Below are positions 1-9,057 of a stretch of 61,701 nucleotides of DNA, piece after piece. The notes beneath the pieces were generated by a model, which was not told the DNA's origin, searched no databases, and was given only the letters and a program-made list of their open reading frames with translations. The position numbers and the translations under genes were made by a program. How positions within the stretch are numbered: position 1 is the stretch's first letter; each line of letters starts with the position of its first letter. The stretch is from Methanomicrobiales archaeon. Lineage in GTDB: Archaea; Halobacteriota; Methanomicrobia; Methanomicrobiales; JACTUA01. The DNA lies in the NCBI GenBank assembly GCA_035517575.1, contig DATIYO010000012.1, forward strand, positions 1 through 61,701. Reading direction: 5' to 3'.

Positions 1-371
1 TCGATGTTCTTCGCCGTGAGCTCGCGGCACATCCGGCGGAACTCCTCGCGGGAGACGTCGTTCTTCGTGATCCCGTGGATCTCCTCGACCTTCACCTCGG
101 TGGGGAGGCCGTGGCAGTCCCACCCCTGGGGGAACATGACATTGTAGCCCTGCATCCGCTTGTACCGGGCGATGAAGTCGATGTAGCACCAGTTGAGCGC
201 GTTCCCGATGTGGAAGTTCCCCGTCGGGTACGGCGGCGGGGTGTCGATGATGTACCTGGGCTTCCCCGAGGACCGGTCAAAGTAGTTCTCCTCGTCCCGC
301 CAGGTCCGCTGCCACCGCGCCTCGACCTCGGCGAAGTCATAGTGTTTCGGGATGTCGCCTGAAGGGGCCAC
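1..371 (-). CDS. valS: Valyl-tRNA synthetase, N-terminal fragment (gene continues beyond the left edge)
   Basis: This minus-strand frame is open from GTG 371 to the window edge. It is absent from the ORF track because it has no stop in the window. My translation is [24 protein letters not shown]...[57 protein letters not shown], which matches the archaeal-type ValRS N-terminus and HIGH region. Confidence 0.8.
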   Translation of the reverse strand, partial: MAPSGDIPKHYDFAEVEARWQRTWRDEENYFDRSSGKPRYIIDTPPPYPTGNFHIGNALNWCYIDFIARYKRMQGYNVMFPQGWDCHGLPTEVKVEEIHGITKNDVSREEFRRMCRELTAKNI

Positions 372-540
372 AACGCGCCGTCCGTTCCCTTGTTTCTTCT
401 CTATTCTTGATCGCGGGGGAGAAAAATACCTTTCATCCGGCACCCGCCCGTGCGGATCCGGGGACCGTTGCCGTCCGGAAAAAACGGTCCACGGGGCCCG
501 GTTTCACGAAGAAGGCGGGCCCGGGATATTTTCGTCATAT

Positions 541-547
541 TTTTATA
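541..547 (+). promoter_or_regulatory. Putative archaeal TATA box (TTTTATA)
   Basis: The AT-rich motif catatTTTTATAgg lies in an otherwise GC-rich intergenic region. It is centred ~30 nt upstream of ATG 576, which would give a short or absent leader. Confidence 0.35.
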
Positions 548-575
548 GGATCGTTGTGGTCTCCTTGTGATAGCT

Positions 576-1235
576 ATGGTGGATTTCGCTACGTACCTCG
601 CGACACAGACCGAGTCGACCTTTGCCGTCCTCCCGTACCTGGTGGCGGCGATCATCGTCCTCCTCATCGGGTGGGTCGTCGGCAGGCTCCTCGGAAAGCT
701 CGTCAGGCTCATCTTCGAGAAGAGCGGGATCGATGCCTACCTCCTCAAGTCCTCGATCGGGCCGAGTTTCCAGAAGACCGGGGTCTCCCTCGGGTATCTC
801 GGGGACATCATCATCCGGATCTTCGTGTACCTCCTCGCGATCATGGTCGCGGCCGACATCCTGAAGATCGACGCCCTCACCCGGTTCGTCGAGCGGGCGG
901 TGAACTACATCCCGAACATCATCGTCTTCGGGATCATCCTCCTCGTCGGCTTCGTCTTCATCGACTACCTCGCGACCCTCCTCGAGAAGCTCTACGGGGG
1001 CATCTCCTTCTTCGGGATCGTGAACACCGGCCTCCGGCTCTTCCTCTACCTCGTGGTGATCATCCTCGCCCTCTCCCAGCTCGAGCTCGACCTCACCATC
1101 GTGTACACCTTCGTCACGCCCATCGCGTGGGGGATCGGGATCGGGATCGGCGCCGGCATCGCCATCCTCCTCGGCTTCGGGCTGAAGGACAAGGCCCCCC
1201 TGATGATCGACGAGTGCCTCAAGGGGCTCAAGTAA
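576..1235 (+). CDS. Multi-pass membrane protein (conserved TM-helix-repeat type)
   Basis: This is track ORF 567..1235. I prefer ATG 576 over GTG 567 because of the TATA spacing. The sequence is hydrophobic throughout (IIVLLIGWVVGRLLG, IIVFGIILLVGFVFI, WGIGIGIGAGIAILLGFG). The long antisense ORF 543..1595 is Arg/Pro/Glu-rich and looks like an artefact. Confidence 0.75.
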   Translation: MVDFATYLATQTESTFAVLPYLVAAIIVLLIGWVVGRLLGKLVRLIFEKSGIDAYLLKSSIGPSFQKTGVSLGYLGDIIIRIFVYLLAIMVAADILKIDALTRFVERAVNYIPNIIVFGIILLVGFVFIDYLATLLEKLYGGISFFGIVNTGLRLFLYLVVIILALSQLELDLTIVYTFVTPIAWGIGIGIGAGIAILLGFGLKDKAPLMIDECLKGLK

Positions 1236-1244
1236 AACCCACTC

Positions 1245-1249
1245 TTTTT
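1245..1249 (+). terminator. Oligo-T tract after the stop codon (archaeal-type terminator candidate)
   Basis: ctcTTTTTcg lies 10 nt downstream of the TAA at 1233-1235. Confidence 0.3.
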
Positions 1250-1356
1250 CGTCCCACGCTCCGTCCAGGCCCTGTACAGGCTCGTTTCCGGGCGGGGGCC
1301 GCACGGACCGCGACCCAAAAAGGATTATTCGCTTGCCGTCAGATCTTAAGAGAGGG

Positions 1357-2658
1357 ATGACGACGCCCGCGGAGGAGACCGGCCCAGGGGCAGGCGAGGT
1401 ACCGGTGAGCGTGCTCGTTCGCGAGGAGATCGGGCGGTTCGTCGCGATGGTGGTCGCCCTCGTCCTCGCGGCCGGCTGCATCCTCGCCTCGCCCTTCCTC
1501 CAGCCGCCGTACCTCCTCTCCATCATCGTCATCCTCTTCTCGTCCATCATGTACCTGATCCGGGGGACCCGCGGCCTCTCGGTCTCGATCATCATCCTCG
1601 CCGTCCTCTACGGCATCGGCTGGCTCCCCCTCCCCATCTTCTCCCTGACCCTCGCGATCGTCGCCGCGGGGGAGATCGCCTACCGTGCCGCGGCCGGCGG
1701 GCACCACCGGTACCTCACCTACCTCGCGGCCTCCTCGGCGGGCGGCGGGATCGCGGCGCTCTACTTCGCGGCCATCGGGTACCTGGAGCTCCGCCCGCTC
1801 GTCCTCCTCCTCCTCCTCCTCGGCGTCCTCGTCGCGGTCCTCCTCAAGGCGGCCCTCCAGGGGAGGAGCGACATCCTCATGGTCGAGGGCCTCGGCGTGG
1901 CCATGACCATGTACCTCTTCTCCGACCTCTCGATGCCCGTCGAGAACCTGGGGCTCCTCACCGCGGCCGCCGGTATCGCCCTCTCCTTCGGGTACATCGC
2001 GTACCGGCTCAGGGTCGCGGACGTGAGCGGCCTCTTCTCGGGCGCGATCGTCGGGATCATCATCATCGTCTTCTCCGACGTGCGGTGGTTCCTCGTCATG
2101 CTCGCCTTCCTCGTGATCGGCTCGGGGTCGACCAGGTACCGGTACGAGGCGAAGGCCGCCGCGGGGATCGCGGAGTCCCACGGCGGGGTGCGGGGGTACC
2201 TCAACGTCTTTGCGAACGGCCTCGTCGGCGTGGCGGCCGCGGTCCTCTACGGGATCTCGGGCGGGAACCCCCTCTGCATCGCCCTCTACCTCGGGAGCAT
2301 CGCGACCGCCGCGGCCGACACCATGGGCGGGGAGATCGGGATGACCTCGCGGGACCCGGTCCTCATCACGACCCTCGCCCCCGTCGCGAAGGGGACGAAC
2401 GGGGGGATCACCCTCGTCGGCGAGGCGGCCTCGCTCGTCGCATCGGCGGCGATCGCCCTCTCGGCATTCCTCCTCGGCATCGGCGACGTGCGGATGCTCC
2501 TCGCCGTCGCGGCCGCGGGCTTCGCGGGCGCGAACGTCGACAGCCTGGTGGGGGCGCTCGCGGAGAACCGGGGTTTCATCGGGAACGCGGGGACGAACCT
2601 CCTCGCGACCCTCTCGGGCGGGCTCGTCGCCCTCCTCATCCTGCTCGCCATCGGCTGA
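1357..2658 (+). CDS. Integral membrane protein with a C-terminal DUF92/TMEM19 (VTE6-like) domain
   Basis: This is track ORF 1333..2658, which starts at TTG. ATG 1357 is preceded by agagaggg, a Shine-Dalgarno (SD)-like ribosome-binding motif. C-terminal motifs GGVRGYLNVFANG, SIATAAADTMGGEIG and KGTNGGITLVGE are typical of the TIGR00297/DUF92 family. About six extra TM helices lie N-terminal to that domain. Confidence 0.7.
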   Translation: MTTPAEETGPGAGEVPVSVLVREEIGRFVAMVVALVLAAGCILASPFLQPPYLLSIIVILFSSIMYLIRGTRGLSVSIIILAVLYGIGWLPLPIFSLTLAIVAAGEIAYRAAAGGHHRYLTYLAASSAGGGIAALYFAAIGYLELRPLVLLLLLLGVLVAVLLKAALQGRSDILMVEGLGVAMTMYLFSDLSMPVENLGLLTAAAGIALSFGYIAYRLRVADVSGLFSGAIVGIIIIVFSDVRWFLVMLAFLVIGSGSTRYRYEAKAAAGIAESHGGVRGYLNVFANGLVGVAAAVLYGISGGNPLCIALYLGSIATAAADTMGGEIGMTSRDPVLITTLAPVAKGTNGGITLVGEAASLVASAAIALSAFLLGIGDVRMLLAVAAAGFAGANVDSLVGALAENRGFIGNAGTNLLATLSGGLVALLILLAIG

Positions 2659-2701
2659 GGGAGGCGGGCCCCGGTTAGAGGAGAGTATCCCTGGTACCGG
2701 T

Positions 2702-3544
2702 CTAGTACCGGTACCATCTGCCTTTCTCGTCGAACTCGCCCTGCGGGGCAGGGGCCGCCGCGCCGGCCGCGGCCCGCCGGAAGAAGCAGGCCTTGAAGGC
2801 GGCGAGGAGGGTCCCGCCGATAGCCACCGCGACGAACCCGATACCCACCCCCGCCCAGAGCCCGTTCACCCCGATGAGGGAGACCACCTGGGCGGGGGTC
2901 ATGTTCAGGTACAGGGACGGGTCCGCGTCCGCGAGGGGCTGGAGTTTCTCGGCGACCGCGAAGGACCAGAGCCCCGCGCCGGCGAGGAAGATGAGGAAGC
3001 CGATGGCGAGGCTCGCGAGGTAGAAGAGGACGACCCGGCCCGGCCTCCCCGTGACGAACTCCACCGACCTCCGGATGGAGTCGAAGACCTTCCGGTCCTC
3101 GAAGACCGCGGCGGTGTCGAAGAAGAAGGTGAAGAAGGCGAAGGGGATGCCGACCCAGACGAGCGAGAGGGGGGTGGCGGCGGCCGGCCCCAGGATGAGG
3201 GAGACCGGGACCATGACGAGGAAGCCGGTGACGAGGGCGGCGCTCACGACGACCGCCCCGGGGAGGAGGATGCGGAAGAAGTACCTCACGCCGTCGGCGG
3301 CGAACCGGCGAAGGCCGGCCTTCTCCCCCGCCCCCGCGGCGCGGATGGCGCCGTAGGACCCGCCCGCGAAGAAGGGGATGCCGCAGAGCCCGAGGAACCC
3401 CACGTGGGCACCGACGACCGTGTTCCCCGAGGCCTCGAGGAGGATGTCCAGGGCGAAGAGGGCCGCGAGGTAGAGGCCGGTGGCCCAGAGCACGGGGGTG
3501 TCCCTGATCCGGGCGGCGGCCTCCCGCAGGGATTCGCGGATCAT
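2702..3544 (-). CDS. Hypothetical polytopic membrane protein
   Basis: This is track ORF 2702..3718. I trimmed it to ATG 3544 (MIRESLREAAARI...), because the upstream gene on the same strand ends at 3547. The protein has several TM segments. Confidence 0.7.
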   Translation of the reverse strand: MIRESLREAAARIRDTPVLWATGLYLAALFALDILLEASGNTVVGAHVGFLGLCGIPFFAGGSYGAIRAAGAGEKAGLRRFAADGVRYFFRILLPGAVVVSAALVTGFLVMVPVSLILGPAAATPLSLVWVGIPFAFFTFFFDTAAVFEDRKVFDSIRRSVEFVTGRPGRVVLFYLASLAIGFLIFLAGAGLWSFAVAEKLQPLADADPSLYLNMTPAQVVSLIGVNGLWAGVGIGFVAVAIGGTLLAAFKACFFRRAAAGAAAPAPQGEFDEKGRWYRY

Positions 3545-3546
3545 GC

Positions 3547-4137
3547 CTACCGGTTCCTCGGCATGGCCACGATCTCCCGGACCTGGAGGTCGAAGAAGGA
3601 GGCGGTGTGGGACGGGCGGATGACGCAGACGGTGTCGGCGCCGTTCGCGGTCCCGCCCGCCGCGACGACCTCCTCGCCGACGGGGATGGCACCCTGGTCG
3701 GCGGCGATCAGGCAGCACTCCACGGCCACCTTCAGGCCGACCGCGACGGTCCGCCTGAGCGCCTCGGCGATCGCCTCGGTCCGCGACCCGCCGCCGACCC
3801 GCTGGGACCGGGAGAGGGCGCGCTCGAGGCCGGAGAGGGCATGGGTGCCGGTCACGATCTTCACCCCCGAGGCGCGGAGGGCCTTCGCCGTCTCTTCGGA
3901 GAACTCCCAGACCCCGGGCTTCTCGAAGCCGACCACGTGGGTCACGACGACGAGCTCGATCCCCGCCCCCTTCGCCGCCTCGTGGAAGGCGAGGGCCGTG
4001 GACCCGCCCGTGCTCGCGACGACGATCCGCTTTATGCCGAGGGCCCTTGCCCGTTCCACGGCCATCCGGGCGGCGTCCTTCGTGTTCTCCCCGCCGGGCC
4101 GATCAAAATAATAAATATCCCGTCTCGTGTAACTCAT
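3547..4137 (-). CDS. Pyruvate kinase alpha/beta (PK_C-like) domain-containing protein
   Basis: 196 aa. YYFDRPGGENTKDAARMAVERARALGIKRIVVASTGGSTA...VVVTHVVGF...GTHALSG...GGTANGADTVCVIRP matches the conserved archaeal stand-alone PK C-terminal-like family. Confidence 0.7.
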   Translation of the reverse strand: MSYTRRDIYYFDRPGGENTKDAARMAVERARALGIKRIVVASTGGSTALAFHEAAKGAGIELVVVTHVVGFEKPGVWEFSEETAKALRASGVKIVTGTHALSGLERALSRSQRVGGGSRTEAIAEALRRTVAVGLKVAVECCLIAADQGAIPVGEEVVAAGGTANGADTVCVIRPSHTASFFDLQVREIVAMPRNR

Positions 4138-4216
4138 GGTACCTAGGTACGGGCCCCTGCACCATTAAAAAGGATGGCTCGGATCGCTCACCAGGATTTG
4201 AGGAGGAAGCACCGTC

Positions 4217-5386
4217 ATGATCACCCTCGCCCTCGCCGGAAAGCCCAACTGCGGCAAATCCACATTCTTCAAGGCCGCGACGCTCGCGAACGTCGAGATC
4301 GCGAACTACCCCTTCACCACCATCGACGCGAACCATGGCGTGGCCTATGTCCGTTCGCCCTGCGTCTGCAGGGAGCTCGGCACGAGCTGCGGGGTGTGCA
4401 AAGACGGGGTCCGGTTCGTCCCCATCGGGCTCATCGACGTGGCGGGCCTCGTCCCCGAGGCCCACAAGGGCCGCGGCCTCGGGAACCAGTTCCTCGACCA
4501 TCTCCGGCAGGCCGACGCCATCATCCACCTCCTCGACGCGAGCGGGTCGACGGACGCCGAGGGGAACCCCGTCGGGGCGGGGTCCCACGACCCGTCGGAG
4601 GATATCGAGTTCCTGGAGTTCGAGATGTCGATGTGGCTCTACGGGATCCTCGAGAAGCACTGGAGCAAGATCCAGCGGCAGTCCCAGGCAAAGTCCTCCT
4701 CGATGGTCATCGCCATCGCCGAGCTCATCGCCGGCCTCGGGATCACCGTCGACCAGGTCCATGCCGTGGAGCTCGAGTCGGGGATCGACCTCCCGAAGGC
4801 CCAGGAGAAGGACCTCGTGCGGTTCTGCCGCATGCTCCTCGGCCGGGCAAAGCCGATGATGCTCGTCGGGAACCGGGTGGACGAGGCCGCCGGGACCATC
4901 GTCGAGAAACTTCGGGGGAGGGGGATCCGGTTCGCGACGGGCGCCGGCGAGCTCGCCCTCCGGAACGCGGCCACGGCGGGGGTCGTGAAGTACCTCCCCG
5001 GCGACCCCGCGTTCTCGGTCCTGAAGCCCGAGGGGCTGAACCCGGCGCAGAAGGCGGGCCTCGAGCGGATCGCGGGGGTCATGAAGAAGTTCGGCGGGAC
5101 GGGGGTCCAGGAGGCCCTGAACCAGGCGGTCTTCTCCCTCCTCGACCTGATCGTGGTCTACCCCGTCGAGGACGAGCACAAGTACGCGGACAGCCAGGGG
5201 AGGGTGCTCCCGGACGCCTTCCTGATGAAGAAGGGCTCGACGCCCCGGGACCTCGCCTTCCGGGTCCACACCGATATCGGCGAGGGTTTCCTGTACGCGG
5301 TGGACGCCCGCACGAAGATGCGGGTGAAGGACACCCACCCGCTGAAGGACCGGGACGTGATCAAGATCGTCTCGACGCGCCGGTGA
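4217..5386 (+). CDS. YchF/OLA1-type P-loop GTPase/ATPase with a C-terminal TGS domain
   Basis: MITLALAGKPNCGKSTFFKAAT (G1 motif), YPFTTIDAN (G2), DVAGLVPEAHKGRGLGNQFL (G3). The TGS-like C-terminus is DVIKIVSTR. The SD motif gaggagg lies upstream. Confidence 0.85.
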   Translation: MITLALAGKPNCGKSTFFKAATLANVEIANYPFTTIDANHGVAYVRSPCVCRELGTSCGVCKDGVRFVPIGLIDVAGLVPEAHKGRGLGNQFLDHLRQADAIIHLLDASGSTDAEGNPVGAGSHDPSEDIEFLEFEMSMWLYGILEKHWSKIQRQSQAKSSSMVIAIAELIAGLGITVDQVHAVELESGIDLPKAQEKDLVRFCRMLLGRAKPMMLVGNRVDEAAGTIVEKLRGRGIRFATGAGELALRNAATAGVVKYLPGDPAFSVLKPEGLNPAQKAGLERIAGVMKKFGGTGVQEALNQAVFSLLDLIVVYPVEDEHKYADSQGRVLPDAFLMKKGSTPRDLAFRVHTDIGEGFLYAVDARTKMRVKDTHPLKDRDVIKIVSTRR

Positions 5387-5422
5387 GCCCCGGGCCCGAT
5401 CCGCGCCCGGAATACCAGCAAC

Positions 5423-5429
5423 TATTTAA
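5423..5429 (+). promoter_or_regulatory. Putative TATA box (TATTTAA)
   Basis: aacTATTTAAcg lies ~30 nt upstream of ATG 5458. Confidence 0.3.
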
Positions 5430-5457
5430 CGCGGACATTCGAACCCTCCGGTTACCT

Positions 5458-5778
5458 ATGGGAGCGGAGATCTACCAGGCCCAGGTGATCCGGAACTTCT
5501 TCGATACGATCACGGGCCCCGATCGCAACCTGACCCGGATCTACATGTGCGTGATCAGCCTGGCGAAGCTCCGCATGGAGCCCCCCGAGAAACTCGCGGA
5601 GCTCGTGGACCAGGTCCGCAAGTCCCGGGAGAAGAAGGAGCTCTCGGTGGACCTCCTGGACTACGTCTGCAACGTGGCCATCGAGCTCGAGATCTCCTCG
5701 GTCCAGACCGCCTTCGGGGTCACGGAGATCGCGAGGGCCGCCCAGGACTTCGAGAAGATCAGCCTGGACTCGCTCTGA
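5458..5778 (+). CDS. Small hypothetical protein (106 aa)
   Basis: Only the C-terminal tail of artefactual track ORF 4174..5778 has a normal amino-acid composition (MGAEIYQAQVIRNFFDTITG...). The ATG is at 5458, after the YchF-type gene ends. Confidence 0.55.
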   Translation: MGAEIYQAQVIRNFFDTITGPDRNLTRIYMCVISLAKLRMEPPEKLAELVDQVRKSREKKELSVDLLDYVCNVAIELEISSVQTAFGVTEIARAAQDFEKISLDSL

Positions 5779-5822
5779 AATCCTTCTCCTTTTCCGACCG
5801 CCCGGCCGGCAGCACCGAAAAT

Positions 5823-6293
5823 TCACTTGTCCAGCGACTTCCGGTACGTGGCGAGGAGCTGCAGGACGTACTTCTCCTGCTCCTCCAGGGCCTGCTCGTC
5901 GTCGGGCGAGGCCGCCATGCCCGCGGCGTAGAGGATGACGAGGGCGTTCGTCAGCTGGAAGAGGTCGGCGTCCACCACCGGCTGGGAGGGGTCGATGATC
6001 CCGAAGGGGAGGTCCGCCTTCGAGAAGAGGAACGGCAGCCTCGCGTCGAACTGCGCCTCGGAGAGGGAGATCGCCCGCTCCCGGACGATCCTGAGGGATA
6101 CGGCGAGCGCACCCGCGACCGGGCGCCCCTCGATGAGCTTCAGGGCCTGGTCGCACCGGGTCACCGCGTCATGGTAGATCCCGAGCTTGAAGGAGAGGAA
6201 CGCGAAGGCGACCTGGTGGCCCGCGTCCCGCGGGGCGGCCGAGAACGCCGGCCTGACCCGCTCGATGTACTCCGAGAGGAACCGGTCCATCAC
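5823..6293 (-). CDS. Hypothetical protein (156 aa)
   Basis: The composition is normal (MMDRFLSEYIERVRPAF...). Its start overlaps the stop of the upstream gene 6290..6640 by 4 nt. Confidence 0.6.
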   Translation of the reverse strand: MMDRFLSEYIERVRPAFSAAPRDAGHQVAFAFLSFKLGIYHDAVTRCDQALKLIEGRPVAGALAVSLRIVRERAISLSEAQFDARLPFLFSKADLPFGIIDPSQPVVDADLFQLTNALVILYAAGMAASPDDEQALEEQEKYVLQLLATYRKSLDK

Positions 6294-6640
6294 GCCACGC
6301 TCCTATCGGCGGGAACCGCGGGAAACTTCCTCTCGAGCCGGACGGCCACGGCGGTCAGGGACACCGCGTACAGGACCTGGATGGCGAGTCCCGGCGGGGT
6401 CTCCAGCGGGGCGACGAAGATCATGAACGCGAAGATCGGGATGCAGAGGGAGACGATGTCCTTCTTCTCCCGCGTGAGGGCGAGCGCCGCGATCGCGAGG
6501 GAGCCGAGGACGCACCCGAGGTTCCCGGGCGGGAGGGACGGGGAGGGAAGCAGGAGGCCCGCGAGGACCCCTCCCCACGCGAGGGCCGGGACGAGGAGCC
6601 AGAGATACCGCCGCTCACCGGGGGTTGGCGCTTCCGACAT
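6290..6640 (-). CDS. Small membrane protein (116 aa, ~3 TM)
   Basis: Hydrophobic segments include YLWLLVPALAWGGVLAGLLL, LGSLAIAALAL and CIPIFAFMIFVAP. It is translationally coupled to 5823..6293. Confidence 0.6.
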   Translation of the reverse strand: MSEAPTPGERRYLWLLVPALAWGGVLAGLLLPSPSLPPGNLGCVLGSLAIAALALTREKKDIVSLCIPIFAFMIFVAPLETPPGLAIQVLYAVSLTAVAVRLERKFPAVPADRSVA

Positions 6641-6743
6641 CCTCTTAGCATGCGCAGTCCCCCGTGAACAAGATTGTGGTTCCGGCTCCGGTGGCTGACC
6701 GGCTGGATCCGACGCCGCCGGGCACCGCCCGGGTGCGGCATGC

Positions 6744-6749
6744 TAATAA
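6744..6749 (+). promoter_or_regulatory. Putative TATA box (TAATAA)
   Basis: gcTAATAAgg is centred ~27 nt upstream of ATG 6773, which is consistent with a leaderless transcript. Confidence 0.3.
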
Positions 6750-6772
6750 GGCGCGAGGTGGAAAATCCTTTC

Positions 6773-7606
6773 ATGGGTACCGGCGGCGGGATCTCCGACA
6801 CCGTCACGGGCGCGGGGGAGGGGGACAGCATCGACGAGCTCTCCGCCTACCTCGACATCCTCTCGAGCGGAACCCGGCTCCGGATCCTCAAGCTCCTCGA
6901 GAAGAGGCCGATGGACGTCACCTCCATCTCCCGGGAGACCGGGACGAGCTACGAGAACACGAAGAAGCACCTGGACCGGCTCCTCTCCATCGGGGTCATC
7001 CGGAAGGAGGCGGGGATCGGGCGGGAGACCTCGAAGGGGGTGCACCCCGTCTGGGAGTACTCCGTCGTCCCGGGCAGCCTGGAGCGGATCGTCCGGACCC
7101 TCGGGATATTCTCGAACCTCCGGATCACGGGCGTTGACCGGACCCTGGGCGAGCGGCTGAACCAGGTCAAGGGAGGGGTGAGCGGAGCCCTTCTCGGCGG
7201 CTCGCCGATGGCCGTGCTGATGGGGGGGAAGGAGGACGGACGGGCCTTCACCATCGGGGCGGGCGAGACGAAGGTGGGGCGGGCGGACCGGGACCAGCCC
7301 GGCGCCGGAGATCCCGGGCGCGACATCGTCCTCGATGACTCGTACCAGGGGGTGACCCGGGTCTCGCGCCCGCACGGCAGGATCCGGGTCGGGAAGGGAG
7401 TGACCTTCGAGGACTGCGGGAGCACCGGAGGGTCTTCGGTCAACGGGAAGCGGGTCGGGAGGAACGAGGCGGTCACCCTGCGGAACGGGGACATCCTCGA
7501 ACTCGGCCAGGGGACCACGGGGGCGAGGCTCGTCCTCGCCATACCGCCGGAGCTCGATGCTCCTGCCTCCGGAAAGGGGGGAGTCCGGCCTGACGCCGGG
7601 GGGTGA
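6773..7606 (+). CDS. Winged-helix (ArsR-like) transcription regulator fused to a C-terminal FHA domain
   Basis: This is track ORF 6674..7606. In-frame ATGs lie at 6740 and 6773. The wHTH region is TRLRILKLLEKRPMDVTSISRETGTSYENTKKHLDRLLSIGVIRKE. The FHA-like C-terminus is ETKVGRAD...DIVLDDSYQGVTRVSRPHGRIRV...VTFEDCGSTGGSSVNGKRV...TLRNGDILELG. Confidence 0.75.
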   Translation: MGTGGGISDTVTGAGEGDSIDELSAYLDILSSGTRLRILKLLEKRPMDVTSISRETGTSYENTKKHLDRLLSIGVIRKEAGIGRETSKGVHPVWEYSVVPGSLERIVRTLGIFSNLRITGVDRTLGERLNQVKGGVSGALLGGSPMAVLMGGKEDGRAFTIGAGETKVGRADRDQPGAGDPGRDIVLDDSYQGVTRVSRPHGRIRVGKGVTFEDCGSTGGSSVNGKRVGRNEAVTLRNGDILELGQGTTGARLVLAIPPELDAPASGKGGVRPDAGG

Positions 7607-9050
7607 CGCGAGGCCGGCCGCGGCCGCTCCCCTCGCGGCCCACCCCGTCCTCGCGGCGATCCTCAGGCTCCTCCCGCTCCTCGACCTCGCCATCGTCGGG
7701 ATGGGCGCCCTCGCGTTCTGCCTCGTCTACTGGATCGACCGCGGGCGATCGGTCCCCGTCGGCCTTTTCGGCCCCTTCGGTTCCCGGGCGGGGAGTGCCG
7801 TGCTCGCGGGCATCCACGCGGTCCTCGGGGCCGCGATGGTCTGGTCCGCGGTGCTCCTCGAGAACGGCCTCGCCGTCCGGCTCACCGCGAAGGGCGAGGG
7901 GCTCGCCCCCCTCTCCCTCTGCGTCCTCCTCGCCTACCTGGGCTTCTCCTCCCTCGGCCTCGGGGTCTCGGCCGCGCGGCAGAGGTCCGCGCCCCTCCTC
8001 GGGCGGGTCCACCCGTTCCTCGCCGCGGCGGGGATCGCCGGCCTCCTCGTCCTCGTCCCCCTCGCCCAGGCAGAGCCTCGTCGCGCGTTCCTTGTCGGCG
8101 CCGCCCTCGTTGCGGCCGTCTCGGCCGTGCTCGCCTGGCTCCAGGACCGGAGGGTACGCAGGGAGAGGAAGAGCGGGGGCACGGAGGCGGGCCGGGCGGG
8201 GGCGAACACCGTTCACCCCGCGGGAGCGGCCCCAAGGGATCCGGATCCCCCCACCAGCTTCCCCCGCGACCTCCTCACCCGGTTCGCCGAGCCGGCGATG
8301 ATCGGGAGCGGGGGCGTGTCCCGGGTCTTCCGGGCCAGGCGGAAGGACACGGGGAGGGTCGTGGCCGTGAAGGTCCCCCTGTCCATGGACGAGGTGACGG
8401 GGATGTCTTTCCTCAAGGAGATGCGGACCTGGGAGGGCCTGAACCACGAGAACATCGCCCGGATCCTCGGGGCGAACATCCTCCCCACCCCGTACGTCGA
8501 GATGGAGTACTTCCCCCGCTCCCTCGAGGACCTGGAGAAGCCGGTCGACGTCGCGACGGCCGCCCGCATCGTCGCGGGCATCGCCCGGGGGCTCGCCTTC
8601 GCCCATGCCCGGGGGATCATCCACCGCGACCTGAAACCGGCGAACGTCCTCCTCGCCGACGACGGCGAACCGAAGATCGGGGACTGGGGGCTCTCGAAGT
8701 TCCTCGGCGGGCCGACCGCGACCGACCTCACGGGGTTCTCGCCACGGTACGCCGCCCCCGAGCAGATCGACCCGAACCGTTACGGCGGGACGGACGCCCG
8801 CACCGATATCTACGGCGCGGGGTGCATCCTCTACGAGCTGATCACGGGCCGGCCGCCCTTCACCGGCGAGGGCATCACCGAGATCACGGCGAGGATCCTC
8901 CACTCCGAGCCCGTCCCCCCCTCGGAGCTCAACCCCGCCGCGAAGCCCCTCGAGGCGATCGTCCTGAGGTGCCTCGCGAAGGAGAAGGAGAGGCGCTACC
9001 AGTCTGCCGCGGAGCTGGAGAAGGCCCTCGCGGGCTTCGCCGGCGGATAG
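7557..9050 (+). CDS. Membrane-anchored Hanks-type Ser/Thr protein kinase
   Basis: The N-terminal ~200 aa hold 5-6 TM helices. The kinase domain shows IGSGGVSRVFRA (Gly-rich loop), VAVKV (the invariant kinase lysine), HRDLKPANVLL (nt 8622-8645), DWGLSKF and YAAPE. The start overlaps the FHA gene by 50 nt. Confidence 0.85.
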   Translation: MLLPPERGESGLTPGGDARPAAAAPLAAHPVLAAILRLLPLLDLAIVGMGALAFCLVYWIDRGRSVPVGLFGPFGSRAGSAVLAGIHAVLGAAMVWSAVLLENGLAVRLTAKGEGLAPLSLCVLLAYLGFSSLGLGVSAARQRSAPLLGRVHPFLAAAGIAGLLVLVPLAQAEPRRAFLVGAALVAAVSAVLAWLQDRRVRRERKSGGTEAGRAGANTVHPAGAAPRDPDPPTSFPRDLLTRFAEPAMIGSGGVSRVFRARRKDTGRVVAVKVPLSMDEVTGMSFLKEMRTWEGLNHENIARILGANILPTPYVEMEYFPRSLEDLEKPVDVATAARIVAGIARGLAFAHARGIIHRDLKPANVLLADDGEPKIGDWGLSKFLGGPTATDLTGFSPRYAAPEQIDPNRYGGTDARTDIYGAGCILYELITGRPPFTGEGITEITARILHSEPVPPSELNPAAKPLEAIVLRCLAKEKERRYQSAAELEKALAGFAGG

Positions 9051-9057
9051 CCGGGAC

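Noticed and set aside
462-490. An inverted repeat, GGACCGTT-N13-AACGGTCC, in the valS / membrane-gene divergent intergenic region.
   Set aside because: An 8-bp stem with a 13-nt loop can arise by chance in GC-rich DNA. There is no adjacent T-tract and I cannot assess conservation.
4174-5778. A 534-aa ORF spanning the YchF-type gene region.
   Set aside because: Only the last 106 codons (5458..5778) have protein-like composition. The rest is an alternative frame of the GTPase gene.
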